Virus record (IMG/VR): IMGVR_UViG_3300009285_002354
Span: 1 to 64,000 of that record
Direction: 5' to 3' (one strand)
DNA length: 64,000 nt
From: a virus
Lineage: Duplodnaviria; Heunggongvirae; Uroviricota; Caudoviricetes
Positions 1 to 8,446 of this stretch are shown piece by piece. Position 1 is the first letter of the stretch, and the number at the start of each line of letters is the position of its first letter. Under the pieces are notes generated by a model. That model searched no databases, was not told where the DNA came from, and saw only the letters and a list, made by a program, of their open reading frames with translations. Position numbers and translations under genes: made by a program.

Positions 1-21
1 AAGGATGGAAGTTTCTACCCC

Positions 22-47
22 AAAAAAAAAGCCCGCATGAGGCGGGC
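22..47 (-). terminator. rho-independent terminator at the end of the leftward early operon
   Basis: Hairpin GCCCGC-atga-GCGGGC preceded on the plus strand by A9, which gives a T-run on the minus strand. It sits 60 nt past the stop of the 106..438 gene. Confidence 0.6.
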
Positions 48-105
48 TGATATTCCACAATCACCCGGTCCCCGCCACACGGCAAGGGACCGGGCTGAAA
101 ATGCG

Positions 106-438
106 TCAATCCTCTTGCTCGTTATTTTCTTCATCCGGCTCCAGCACGCCCTGCGATTCGAGTTCGGTTCGGACGAGGATGGCGATGGCGATTGCCTGAT
201 GGCGCGCCTGCCCGCCCGGCTGGCCGGGGTCGCGCGGGTCCATAAGAGTCTCGGCGGCCGACGGGGAGTCAATGATCTCCACCGCGCTGAGGTCGTGGTC
301 TCCGTAAAAGTGCAGGTCGCCGGCGTCGATGTCCGGCGCCATTCGACTTTTAGCGGCCAATGCGGTCACGACGAACGGCCGCCGCTGGTGGGGTACACCA
401 ACGTAGAACGGCGTGAATTTAGTCCAGTCTGTTGCCAT
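106..438 (-). CDS. hypothetical protein (110 aa)
   Basis: ORF with ATGGCAAC start and a gaaggggctg RBS inside the conserved leader repeat. No recognisable motifs. Confidence 0.5.
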   Translation of the reverse strand: MATDWTKFTPFYVGVPHQRRPFVVTALAAKSRMAPDIDAGDLHFYGDHDLSAVEIIDSPSAAETLMDPRDPGQPGGQARHQAIAIAILVRTELESQGVLEPDEENNEQED

Positions 439-507
439 TATTCAGCCCCTTCAATGGCGTTTCAGTTTTCAGTTTCGGCCATATCGACGGACGCCCGGAG
501 GCAGGGC
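439..507 (-). repeat. conserved 5' leader/RBS repeat, copy 1
   Basis: Minus-strand sequence ...tatggccgaaactgaaaactgaaacgccattgaaggggctgaataATGGCAAC shared with the 700..792 and 1048..1098 copies. Confidence 0.6.
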
Positions 508-699
508 CTACTTGAAATCGAATATTGAGATTATTCCTACGGTGTTTCCGTTGATGTCTTTGATCGCGTGGGATTGGCCGGATTCGCCCCTCTGTTCAAT
601 CCAGTCTGCCGCTGTACGCAGGATGCGGGCGCTCTCGGTGCCGGGGTCGTTTTCAAACGCGGCATTGTCCGTTTGGAGTGTTAGTTCTATTGTTGCCAT
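508..699 (-). CDS. hypothetical small protein (63 aa)
   Basis: ORF that starts MAT... immediately after conserved leader copy 2. Confidence 0.45.
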   Translation of the reverse strand: MATIELTLQTDNAAFENDPGTESARILRTAADWIEQRGESGQSHAIKDINGNTVGIISIFDFK

Positions 700-792
700 T
701 TTCCAGCCCTTTCAATCGTGTTTCGATTCAGTTTCGGCCATATCGCCGGGATACCCGCGCCCTCCCTGACGCGGGACACCCGGAGGCAGGGT
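700..792 (-). repeat. conserved 5' leader/RBS repeat, copy 2 (with an inserted GC hairpin)
   Basis: Shares cgatatggccgaaactgaa..cgaaac..attgaaagggctg..aATGGCAAC with copies 1 and 3. Also carries ccctgcctccggg as in copy 1. Confidence 0.6.
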
Positions 793-1047
793 CTATGAGC
801 ACTCCGCAATCCGACGGAGATCATACGGTTGGAGCACCGTCAATTCACCATCGACGGCCTCCAGATTCATCCGGGTCTCCGGGAGCATCGTCGCCAAGCG
901 GTTGCGGGCCGCGTCAAATTCCTGCCGCGTGTGACCAGGTGCTACCCGCGCCGGATCGTCCAGTAGAGCATTAAGCTGCGCTACCGTAGAGCCCTCTGCG
1001 GGCGGCATCCATTGAGTGCCCAAGTGGCATAGTTGTTTCGTTGCCAT
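793..1047 (-). CDS. hypothetical small protein (84 aa)
   Basis: ORF that starts MAT... after conserved leader copy 3. Confidence 0.45.
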   Translation of the reverse strand: MATKQLCHLGTQWMPPAEGSTVAQLNALLDDPARVAPGHTRQEFDAARNRLATMLPETRMNLEAVDGELTVLQPYDLRRIAECS

Positions 1048-1098
1048 TGCTTTCAGCCCTTCATTCGTGTTTCGATTTCGTTTCGATCCCTTGCCATT
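1048..1098 (-). repeat. conserved 5' leader/RBS repeat, copy 3
   Basis: cgaaacgaaatcgaaacacgaatgaagggctgaaagcaATGGCAAC on the minus strand. Confidence 0.6.
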
Positions 1099-1311
1099 TT
1101 ACTTCGCCGCTTCGACGGTCACAACGATCTTGTCGGGATTCCCGAGCAGGTCTAGGACTCTCTTGTCCACGTAGACGGAGGATGAAATCTCATCGACCGT
1201 CTTGTCTCCGACCTGGGCCTTGCCGTCAGGCGTGTAGCGGATGACGTGCTTACACTCGCGCTCGACTGAGAAATTCTGACTTGCTACATTGATGCTCTTG
1301 TTTGTACTCAT
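1099..1311 (-). CDS. hypothetical small protein (70 aa)
   Basis: ORF with an aaaggga RBS. Confidence 0.5.
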   Translation of the reverse strand: MSTNKSINVASQNFSVERECKHVIRYTPDGKAQVGDKTVDEISSSVYVDKRVLDLLGNPDKIVVTVEAAK

Positions 1312-1336
1312 AGTCTTCCCTTTCGCAATGGTGATT

Positions 1337-1798
1337 TCACTTGTCTGTTATAGGATTCCCGGGGTGCAGTTTGTGTTTCGCCATTAGGTGTGCAGAACGT
1401 GCTTCGATTGGGCAGTCAAACAATCCAAGGTGCCTTATCTTTCCGTTCAGTGAAATATAAGCCTTGTATTTGTGAGCATGACGGTCCCAACAATAACCGT
1501 TAGCGTCAGTCGGATTCCACTGGTTTTCTTGCTGTGTCACAATTCGCAGATTCGCCCACCTATTGTCCAACCCATTATGATTGATATGATCTCCCTGTCG
1601 TGGATCATCAAATCCGAGGCCGAGTATCTGGCGGTGCATTGAGATCGAACTTTGACGCCCATCGGACAATGTGATCTTGCGCTGCGCATAGAAGGTGTGC
1701 CGGCCTTTTTGTGCATGCCACTTCCACTGTATTAACCACTCATAGTCCTCGTCATCAACGATAGTCACCCTACCTTGCGTTAGTGGAATTTCCTTCAT
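1337..1798 (-). CDS. HNH homing endonuclease (HNH_3/AP2-like family)
   Basis: Internal ATG start (MKEIPLTQG) with a ggaaggg RBS. Motifs DDEDYEWL and DHINHNGLDNR. Paralog of 57406..57864. Confidence 0.8.
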   Translation of the reverse strand: MKEIPLTQGRVTIVDDEDYEWLIQWKWHAQKGRHTFYAQRKITLSDGRQSSISMHRQILGLGFDDPRQGDHINHNGLDNRWANLRIVTQQENQWNPTDANGYCWDRHAHKYKAYISLNGKIRHLGLFDCPIEARSAHLMAKHKLHPGNPITDK

Positions 1799-1892
1799 GC
1801 AGTTTTCCCTTCCACTTGCCCTGTCGGGCGGTTCAATAAAAAGGGGTCGCTCGTGCGGCCCTTGATTCAGTTCGATGCGCGGGCGCAGCGGC

Positions 1893-2228
1893 CTACTTGG
1901 GTGTGGCTGTGGGGCGAGGTCCGCGAAACAACTCCGTGATGCGATGGTGTCCGAGCACCAAGGGCTCGATGCTCCGACGTGGAAACCATCCGCCGCCGCC
2001 GAGTACAGCATCGGCGTAGTTGTCAGGTCCACCATTTATGAGCGTCACACGGCATTGGGTCTTTCGCACAGCCGCGACCTTATACATGACCTTGCCATCG
2101 GCCACACAGAGCGTGAAGACCTTGCCCACGCAGAGCTTTTCGGGCAGTTGTTGACTCTGATCGATCTCCGCCATCCATTGTTCATTGCGTTTACGCATTG
2201 CAGTTTCCCAATCTTCTCTCATTACCAT
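1893..2228 (-). CDS. hypothetical protein (111 aa)
   Basis: ORF with a gaaaggga RBS. Confidence 0.5.
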   Translation of the reverse strand: MVMREDWETAMRKRNEQWMAEIDQSQQLPEKLCVGKVFTLCVADGKVMYKVAAVRKTQCRVTLINGGPDNYADAVLGGGGWFPRRSIEPLVLGHHRITELFRGPRPTATPK

Positions 2229-2252
2229 CGTGTTTCCCTTTCGCGCTTTTCG

Positions 2253-2546
2253 TTAATGGTCCCCGGCCGGCCCCATCCTGTAGCCGTCCGCGTGAACCAG
2301 AATCTTCCCCGTCAGCGGTTGAGGTCCGCCAACCACTTTCAACTCGGTGCAGGTGAAGAACTCGACTGCTGCTGCTGCGATCCCGAACAACTGGTGAGGT
2401 ATCCAGGCATCAATGGGCCTTCTCCAGTCATTCGGGTCACAGAGGGCATTGAAGGTCTTGCGGATGTCGCTCACCTTGTAACCTCTGTAGTCTTGGCGAG
2501 TCTCAGCCTCCATCGTTTCCTGCTCGATCTCTTGAATGGTTCTCAT
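2253..2546 (-). CDS. hypothetical protein (97 aa; an alternative longer start at 2765 is possible)
   Basis: ATG start MRTIQEIEQ with a gaaaggg RBS. Confidence 0.45.
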   Translation of the reverse strand: MRTIQEIEQETMEAETRQDYRGYKVSDIRKTFNALCDPNDWRRPIDAWIPHQLFGIAAAAVEFFTCTELKVVGGPQPLTGKILVHADGYRMGPAGDH

Positions 2547-3249
2547 CGTTTGTCCCTTTCGGTTGTCTTGATTGCGAGCGCAGCGGACCGCACGGTCCAC
2601 CAGGAAATCCGCTGTCGCGGTTATGGGCCACGACTGCTTTGGGGGGCAGACACATATGTCAGCGGAGATTTTTACATTGTCCAGATTCACGTAACGCACA
2701 CGAACCGTCTTGGTCGTCCCGACTCCATCGCGTCGCCTCGTTGATTCGGGGCCACCCGGCGTCACCCGGATAGGCTCAGGTCTGGAAGATACTCAGGACT
2801 CAGTGTCACTTGTGCGCTCTATTAGTGTCTCGTTCAATGGGCTACGCATCTCTGCGCTTCGGTTGGCCTCATCCCGGATTGCTCCGGTTATCAGTCGCGC
2901 CACGTATCAGTCTGTCGTCTGGCCCGGATTCCCTGCCACCGCACCGGATGGCTTGCGGCTGGCGTGCTCTGGATTCCGGCGATTCGCTCAGGTGCTGCGT
3001 GTCGCCTTGATGGCTTCCGGCTTAATGCCGGTTACTCCCGTCGATTTCAGGGGCTTGCCTTGTCGTCCCCCGTATTGTTTACTTTTCATAGAACACGTTA
3101 GTCTTATCTAACAAGTACATTATACCCTCTTTGTCCTCTGCGGTCAAGTACGGTATCGTAATTCATCAATTTTTATGAAGATTTTTTTAGGGGGAATCCT
3201 CATTTTCATAGCAAAAACGATGATTTTGGGGAATTGGGCAAAAAAAAAG

Positions 3250-3305
3250 ACTCCACTGACGAGGCGGGGTCTTGAAAGGGAAAACGATAGGGGCCGGGAG
3301 CCCCT
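3250..3305 (-). terminator. two hairpins plus a T9 run downstream of the Rrf2 gene (intrinsic terminator)
   Basis: GGGGC-cggga-GCCCC hairpin right at the stop codon. A second hairpin is followed by TTTTTTTTT on the minus strand. Confidence 0.45.
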
Positions 3306-3309
3306 ATTT

Positions 3310-3672
3310 CTATCTAACTAAAGACGACAGCGGAAGTCCCCATCCGTCCTGGCTGAGCAGCTCCCGCAGCTTTCGACGGATGGCCTTCATATCCCTTGTT
3401 TCACCCTCCAAGTCGTCGATCAGGCCGCCCTCCACTCCCTGAATCATTTCCGCAATGGTGGTCTTGTCCAGGGGCTTCGCCAAAGACCAGCCGACACCGC
3501 TCGCTCGGCTCGCCACGAGCAATCCCGCCCGTTTGAGCGAGGCGCAGACTTTCGCGGAATAGGGGATGGAAATGTTCACCCGCTTGGCGATTTCTTCGGC
3601 CGTCAAGGGGCTCTCCCTGGACAGCTCTCTGAGAATCTGAACTCCGTAGATGACAGGCTTTGTGATTTGCAT
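3310..3672 (-). CDS. Rrf2-family (IscR/NsrR-like) transcriptional regulator
   Basis: N-terminal wHTH pattern (ITKPVIYGVQILRELS...LTAEEIAKRVNISIPYSAKVCASLKRAGLL) typical of Rrf2. Length is 120 aa. Confidence 0.8.
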   Translation of the reverse strand: MQITKPVIYGVQILRELSRESPLTAEEIAKRVNISIPYSAKVCASLKRAGLLVASRASGVGWSLAKPLDKTTIAEMIQGVEGGLIDDLEGETRDMKAIRRKLRELLSQDGWGLPLSSLVR

Positions 3673-3703
3673 GGTGGTAGTGTACTCCTCTCGGGTGAAA
3701 ATG

Positions 3704-4576
3704 TCAATCGTCTATCTCTTTATCTGCAAACAGGCCGCGTTGGCTATCGGGTTCCTTGGCGCGCATATTGCCCGGCCGGCTCAACAATCGTCCGACGAAA
3801 TCTCGCCACTCTGGCGAATTGTTGCGCTTGCTGCTGTCCTCTTGGCAGAACAGCATCGGGTACGCAACACCTCCACTGTCTTTGACGAACTGGCATCTCT
3901 CTGAGGCGGCCGCAATAGTGTCACCATCATACCCGACCAGGACGTATACAGAGAGTTTTGAATGGGCGCATTTGATGTGAGGCAGAGCCCCAATGAAAAG
4001 GCGAAGGGCATCGCCCACAGCCTTTCGCTCACTGGGCCGGTCATAGGCGAAATAGGCTCTCTTGAATCCGATCTCGGTCACGGCCTTTACGAACCACGGC
4101 TCGACACGCGCCGCCTCCAAGCCACCGGTGAACTCCGCCCCGCATCTCTGATGGCTCACCATGTTTAGCACCGCCTCAATGTGCGAGCGGGGGCACGCCA
4201 GAAGATTGTTGTCGAGGATGATGTGCCCTGGCTGAATGGGCAATGTCCTCAGTGAGCCCTCTCGCCGCCATGCCAAGCAAAATCCACAGCGATTCGGACA
4301 GCCTCGCGAGGTGATCGTGTAGCCTGGCCGCAGGTATCGGCCCACCTTGAAATTGCCGCCAGGATCACCCTGTGCAGGCCCACCCACCACAACGATGTCA
4401 AAGTAATTCGCCCACTGGCGCCTCAGATGCTCGGCGTACAAGCGGTCCCATGTGAAGGCCACGGAGATATGGACCTCATCGGCATCAGGTAACTCGAATG
4501 GCGGCTCCCCTACGAACGCCATCGGGTCATCCGGAGTTGCCTTCGTCCTTCGAGGGAAGACACGGATGATTCTCAT
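3704..4576 (-). CDS. radical SAM domain protein
   Basis: CxxxCxxC motif TSRGCPNRCGFC. 290 aa. The stop overlaps the Rrf2 gene region. Confidence 0.75.
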   Translation of the reverse strand: MRIIRVFPRRTKATPDDPMAFVGEPPFELPDADEVHISVAFTWDRLYAEHLRRQWANYFDIVVVGGPAQGDPGGNFKVGRYLRPGYTITSRGCPNRCGFCLAWRREGSLRTLPIQPGHIILDNNLLACPRSHIEAVLNMVSHQRCGAEFTGGLEAARVEPWFVKAVTEIGFKRAYFAYDRPSERKAVGDALRLFIGALPHIKCAHSKLSVYVLVGYDGDTIAAASERCQFVKDSGGVAYPMLFCQEDSSKRNNSPEWRDFVGRLLSRPGNMRAKEPDSQRGLFADKEIDD

Positions 4577-5079
4577 ACAAACCCCTCTATTTCCTTGTCC
4601 GCCCTCACGTACAGAGGGTGTTTCGGGAATCCTGCTTTGGTCTGGCCTAAACAGAACAACTCGATGTCGGAGAGTCTTTCAATGACCTCCCTGCTGCGAC
4701 TCAAGTATGGGCCATGAGTCGGGAGTCGGCCCCAGTTGCCCCAGGCACATATTACGAGAGCTGCACGGCTGGCCGCGGTCACTATGGCTTCATCGTTATC
4801 GGGCCCGATAGGATCATCGACTTTCTTGAGTCTCTTCGGATCCGTCGATCTCAAGGCGAAGATGTTCGTGACGATCAGGCCGCCATAGCCCCATCGCTGG
4901 GCGAACCCGACACACCTATTCACAGTCGGATCGAGCCGGGTCGCATCCGCGGTCGAAGGGTTTAACATCACGAAATTGACGTACTTGCCCACCGCGAACG
5001 GACTCCACCACCTCTCAAGGGTGTACCGATAGAGCTTGCAGGGGGAGAACTGCGCAGATGATTTAGTGAATTCACTCAT
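4573..5079 (-). CDS. DUF1643 family protein
   Basis: Motifs YRYTLERWW, VNFVMLNPSTAD, DPTVNRC and GYGGLIVTNIFA, recalled as DUF1643 signatures. ATG start MSEF; the longer track start is TTG. Confidence 0.65.
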   Translation of the reverse strand: MSEFTKSSAQFSPCKLYRYTLERWWSPFAVGKYVNFVMLNPSTADATRLDPTVNRCVGFAQRWGYGGLIVTNIFALRSTDPKRLKKVDDPIGPDNDEAIVTAASRAALVICAWGNWGRLPTHGPYLSRSREVIERLSDIELFCLGQTKAGFPKHPLYVRADKEIEGFV

Positions 5080-5242
5080 CCTTTGTCCTCTTGGCTGGCC
5101 CAAACAGATCGCACGTCCAGCCTGCGCCGGTATGCACGTTGTTGTTGGGGCTCTTCTCGTTCTCGCAGATGGCGGCCGGCCAGAACTTGCACCTTTGACA
5201 GATACGCAGCGCGCGAATGATAATCTCTTCTTTCTTCTTCAT
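5072..5242 (-). CDS. small Cys-rich protein (56 aa, not in the ORF track)
   Basis: MKKKEEIIIRALRICQRCKFWPAAICENE... The stop overlaps the DUF1643 start as ATGA. Coordinates are +/-1. Confidence 0.35.
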   Translation of the reverse strand: MKKKEEIIIRALRICQRCKFWPAAICENEKSPNNNVHTGAGWTCDLFGPAKRTKDE

Positions 5243-5397
5243 GTTCACTTTCTTCGTTCGACACCCTCGTTGAAAATCTCACAGATGATTTCCGCGTCGG
5301 CTTCTCGCATATCTGGCATACCGAGTAGCTGCTGATCCGAGCCGAATCCCATCTTCTCTGTCATTCTTGACTCCTGAAATCCTTCAAAACCTTGCCC

Positions 5398-6474
5398 TCA
5401 ATGTCCGGTAGGCGAGTTCAACCTGGGCGGGAATCGCGGCATTCCCCAACAAGCGCAATCTATCGATTCGCATAGAGGATTCGTCCAGCCGGTTGGCAGA
5501 TTCATCAGGGACTCGACCCACGAAGGATTCAAGCGGCCCTTCACCTGCCCCCCCAGCAGCAGTTCGCCCTTGCGCTTGCCCGATCTGCTCTTGTCGCCGC
5601 CGCCGGGCGTCTTGACCGCCTGCCAAATCTGTCTGCTCAGGGCTTGGCCGTTGTCCCGGCTCTTGTGCTGACTTCGCTCTTCTGCTCTTGGCGTGCTCCA
5701 CAGTCCTTGGCTCTTCCCACTCGTACTGGGGCTGTCCGGGCGGGGCGGGCCATCGGTCGAAACCATCTCCCTCAGTTGACATTTCCCCCAATCTATTTCC
5801 CCGGACTTCGCTCGGTCTATTCTGCTCTGAGAATACTGGTTCGCATCGCTGTCCCTCGGCGTTGGCCACAGCACCGCCGTTTGCAGGTCTATCCCCCCGC
5901 TGTCCGGTCTTTCGTCCTTGCCGAAGTAGACTCCGGTGTAAGCCGGTATGCCCTCGGTTTCAAGCCAGTGGCCGGTAAGCCGGCGGATGTGCTCGGACAG
6001 ATACCATCGCCGTCGTGCCGTTGGGGCAACCTCTGAGAGCGCAGCCAGCTCGGCAAGGTACTGGCACAGGTCCGGTCGGTTATCAAGACTCCGGGCCGAC
6101 AGTAATCCCGGTACGTTTTCGAGGAAGACCCAAACAGGTTCAACTGCGCCGATGATGCGCTCAATATGCGGCCAAAGGTGTCGCTCATCGATTCCACCCC
6201 GCCGCTTGCCGGCGACAGAAAATGGCTGACATGGAAAACCCGAGTGAATGATGTCAACCACGCCCTTAAATGGTCGTCCATCAAAGGTCTTGAGGTCGCT
6301 CCATATAGGAGCGTCATCCAAGAGACCCGCCTTAATCTTTGCAACCAGATTGCAGATCGGGAATGTTTCTCTCTCCACGTACAGGACCGTTCTAAGATTC
6401 GGGACAACTCGCCTGATTCCAAGCCCGATTCCATCGTACCCGGTACAGAGAGAGATTGCGGTAAATACATCCAT
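5398..6474 (-). CDS. dcm: DNA (cytosine-5)-methyltransferase
   Basis: Motif I ISLCTGYDGIGLG, motif IV GFPCQPFS, motif VI ENV. Confidence 0.9.
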   Translation of the reverse strand: MDVFTAISLCTGYDGIGLGIRRVVPNLRTVLYVERETFPICNLVAKIKAGLLDDAPIWSDLKTFDGRPFKGVVDIIHSGFPCQPFSVAGKRRGGIDERHLWPHIERIIGAVEPVWVFLENVPGLLSARSLDNRPDLCQYLAELAALSEVAPTARRRWYLSEHIRRLTGHWLETEGIPAYTGVYFGKDERPDSGGIDLQTAVLWPTPRDSDANQYSQSRIDRAKSGEIDWGKCQLREMVSTDGPPRPDSPSTSGKSQGLWSTPRAEERSQHKSRDNGQALSRQIWQAVKTPGGGDKSRSGKRKGELLLGGQVKGRLNPSWVESLMNLPTGWTNPLCESIDCACWGMPRFPPRLNSPTGH

Positions 6475-6495
6475 GTCATCTGGTCTTTCCTGTAG

Positions 6496-7029
6496 TCAGG
6501 GCCTTTTGATTGAGCCGTACTTATGCCATCGCTTTGCAAGACCGGCAACCGAGCAGCCGAGTTCTCTGGCCCATGCAGATAGAGACATCACTCGTCCGTT
6601 GTGGGCAATTTGCAGGTTTGATCGAGTATTCTGCATCTGCTCGGCCCGTGTCGCCCACCGGTAATTCTCAGGACAGTACGAACCGCTATTGTCTTTTCGC
6701 TCCAGGGTATACTTTGCGGATGGGCGCGGCCCCATGTCTGCTGCAAATTGTGACAGAGACTTCCATGCGTCACACACTTGGATTCCGCGACCGCCGTATT
6801 GCTGATAATCCGAACGATTTTGGTTGGTGCACCGTTGCCACATCCCGTGCCAGATAGCCCATAATGGATGCCGTTTTCTTGGTTTCTCGCGACGGTGCCT
6901 AACTGCACTCGGGTGTTTCTCTCTCCACTTCTTTTGTGCCTCCCGGTTACGTTGCTTGTACTCAGGATCGTTTTTGTGACTGAGATGATACCGTTGGGAC
7001 GCGGTCAATTCTTTGGTAGCATCATTCAT
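6496..7029 (-). CDS. conserved phage protein of the W..M..RC...YGGRGI..C..W family (often annotated as an HNH/AP2-like DNA-binding nuclease)
   Basis: WAIWHGMWQRCTNQNRSDYQQYGGRGIQVCDAWKSLSQFAADMGPRP...YCPENYRWATRAEQMQN. ATG start (MNDATKEL). An alternative GTG start at 7137 would include the duplicated MTase motif-I segment. Confidence 0.5.
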   Translation of the reverse strand: MNDATKELTASQRYHLSHKNDPEYKQRNREAQKKWREKHPSAVRHRREKPRKRHPLWAIWHGMWQRCTNQNRSDYQQYGGRGIQVCDAWKSLSQFAADMGPRPSAKYTLERKDNSGSYCPENYRWATRAEQMQNTRSNLQIAHNGRVMSLSAWARELGCSVAGLAKRWHKYGSIKRP

Positions 7030-7095
7030 AGGGCCAAGACCTTCATATCCGGAGCAAAGCGAGATTGCAGTGATTTCGGAAGAATCCACATTCGT
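7030..7095 (-). other. duplicated fragment of the C5-MTase 5' end (motif I)
   Basis: Codes EITAISLCSGYEGLGP, versus DVFTAISLCTGYDGIGLG at the start of the MTase gene. About 70% nucleotide identity to 6420..6474. Confidence 0.5.
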
Positions 7096-7103
7096 ATCCA
7101 CAT

Positions 7104-7499
7104 TCAATAGTCGTTCGTCTGCGAGTCCCGGACGCACTTGATATGTCCGGCCCGGAGGTCAGCCAGCAGGCTTCGCCACGTCTTCATTTCCGGCGACAGG
7201 TTCATGTTCTTTACGCATTCCATCGCATGGGGGCACTCAGGGGCGTAGCACGGCTCGCAGTTGAGCATCGGGTCTCCGCCGTCATCGACGGCCCATTGCA
7301 GCATAGCCCAGAAGCCCCATTCCATCGTTTCCAGGATTCGCGGAGTAAGGTCGAACTCCGAGGCCGGCTCCGTCTTCAGCAGATTCAGGACTGATCCGAG
7401 ACTCTGCTCATACTCTTCCAACAAACCACTCCCGCACCGTTGGCTGGCCTTGTATATCTGCCGGAGTAGTCCTATCGCTTTTTCGTGATTGCTCATCAT
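7104..7499 (-). CDS. hypothetical Cys-rich protein (131 aa)
   Basis: ATG start MMSNHEKAIG with a ggagagcaaggga RBS. Confidence 0.5.
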   Translation of the reverse strand: MMSNHEKAIGLLRQIYKASQRCGSGLLEEYEQSLGSVLNLLKTEPASEFDLTPRILETMEWGFWAMLQWAVDDGGDPMLNCEPCYAPECPHAMECVKNMNLSPEMKTWRSLLADLRAGHIKCVRDSQTNDY

Positions 7500-7520
7500 T
7501 CCCTTGCTCTCCAAGCTCAA

Positions 7521-7823
7521 TCAAACGGCTTTTCTTGCTCCCACTGGCTCATGAACAGCCTTCTCGCGAAAGCACGGTTCTCCTATCGGGTAATCTCGGC
7601 AGGCTTCTGGTTTCCACTTCTTGCCCAGGTGCTTTTCAATCAGGCAGCTTGTGGTCCCTATACCAATCTGGAGCATCGGGCACGGTCCATCATCACGGAC
7701 GTAAGCATCCGGAACGGTGTCGAGCACCGCCTGGATAATCGGATGCTCACTGTGGATGAAGATCGTGCCGATATCCAGGCAGCATAGTCCGCAGCGTTTA
7801 CAGTCGTGATTGCTCTTGCTCAT
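7521..7823 (-). CDS. YkgJ-like putative zinc/iron-chelating protein (CxxCxxCC)
   Basis: CKRCGLCC N-terminal motif plus additional Cys residues. 100 aa. Confidence 0.6.
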   Translation of the reverse strand: MSKSNHDCKRCGLCCLDIGTIFIHSEHPIIQAVLDTVPDAYVRDDGPCPMLQIGIGTTSCLIEKHLGKKWKPEACRDYPIGEPCFREKAVHEPVGARKAV

Positions 7824-7986
7824 ATTCCCCTGTCTCTCTTTCGCCAGTATCTCTCACCTTCGTGCTGGTCCAGGCGATCCACCCAGCCATTGATTCGGTC
7901 GGTCCGTTTGTGCAGTCGCCCAACGCGCTCGATCAGGTGTTCCCGGAGCCGGTAGAGAAACCAGCCGATGAGTTTGGCTCTTCGGG

Positions 7987-8235
7987 TCATGCCTGCTGCT
8001 CTTCTTCCAATACTGGCACTCGTTCATCCAGGAGTACGCATTGAAAGTCGTCGTTGCCCGGCTCATATGTTGCGCCGATCCCCACAAGGGCCGAACGCAG
8101 ATCATCCATGGCCGTTTCAATCTCGCACACATCTACGACAATCTGGCTGTCTTTGGTATGTGCCCTGAGCGTTCGGACGAGGCTCGAATAGGCCGCGATG
8201 GCCTGCCGCCTCACGTTGTTGAAGTCAATGTTCAT
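7987..8235 (-). CDS. small conserved protein, paralog of 21921..22184
   Basis: MNIDFNNVRRQAIAAY...LVRTL..DDLRSAL, with an acidic C-terminus. The N-terminus is near-identical to the second copy. Confidence 0.55.
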   Translation of the reverse strand: MNIDFNNVRRQAIAAYSSLVRTLRAHTKDSQIVVDVCEIETAMDDLRSALVGIGATYEPGNDDFQCVLLDERVPVLEEEQQA

Positions 8236-8257
8236 CAAAGTCTCCCTTTATTCTATC

Positions 8258-8446
8258 TCAGGATTCAGTTGTATTCGTCCGTTCTGTCTGACGATCAGTG
8301 CTAGTGAATTCAGACGGCAGATCGCATTGTTGAATCCACCGGAGTTTGCGCAGAGAAGCATCCGGGAGTCTATCAGCACCGATCTCCTGCCAGACTCGTT
8401 CGCTGGCGAGAATCGGCGTAAGGATGTCGGTCATTGTGTCCATCAT
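8258..8446 (-). CDS. hypothetical small protein (62 aa)
   Basis: ORF in an operonic position upstream of the paralog gene. Confidence 0.4.
   Translation of the reverse strand: MMDTMTDILTPILASERVWQEIGADRLPDASLRKLRWIQQCDLPSEFTSTDRQTERTNTTES

Noticed and set aside
15-528. Overlapping ORFs 15..272 (-), 37..528 (+) and similar short overlapping ORFs throughout (for example 5384..5869, 5889..6548, 8721..9020)
   Set aside because: They overlap better-supported genes or terminators in other frames, and they lack an RBS.
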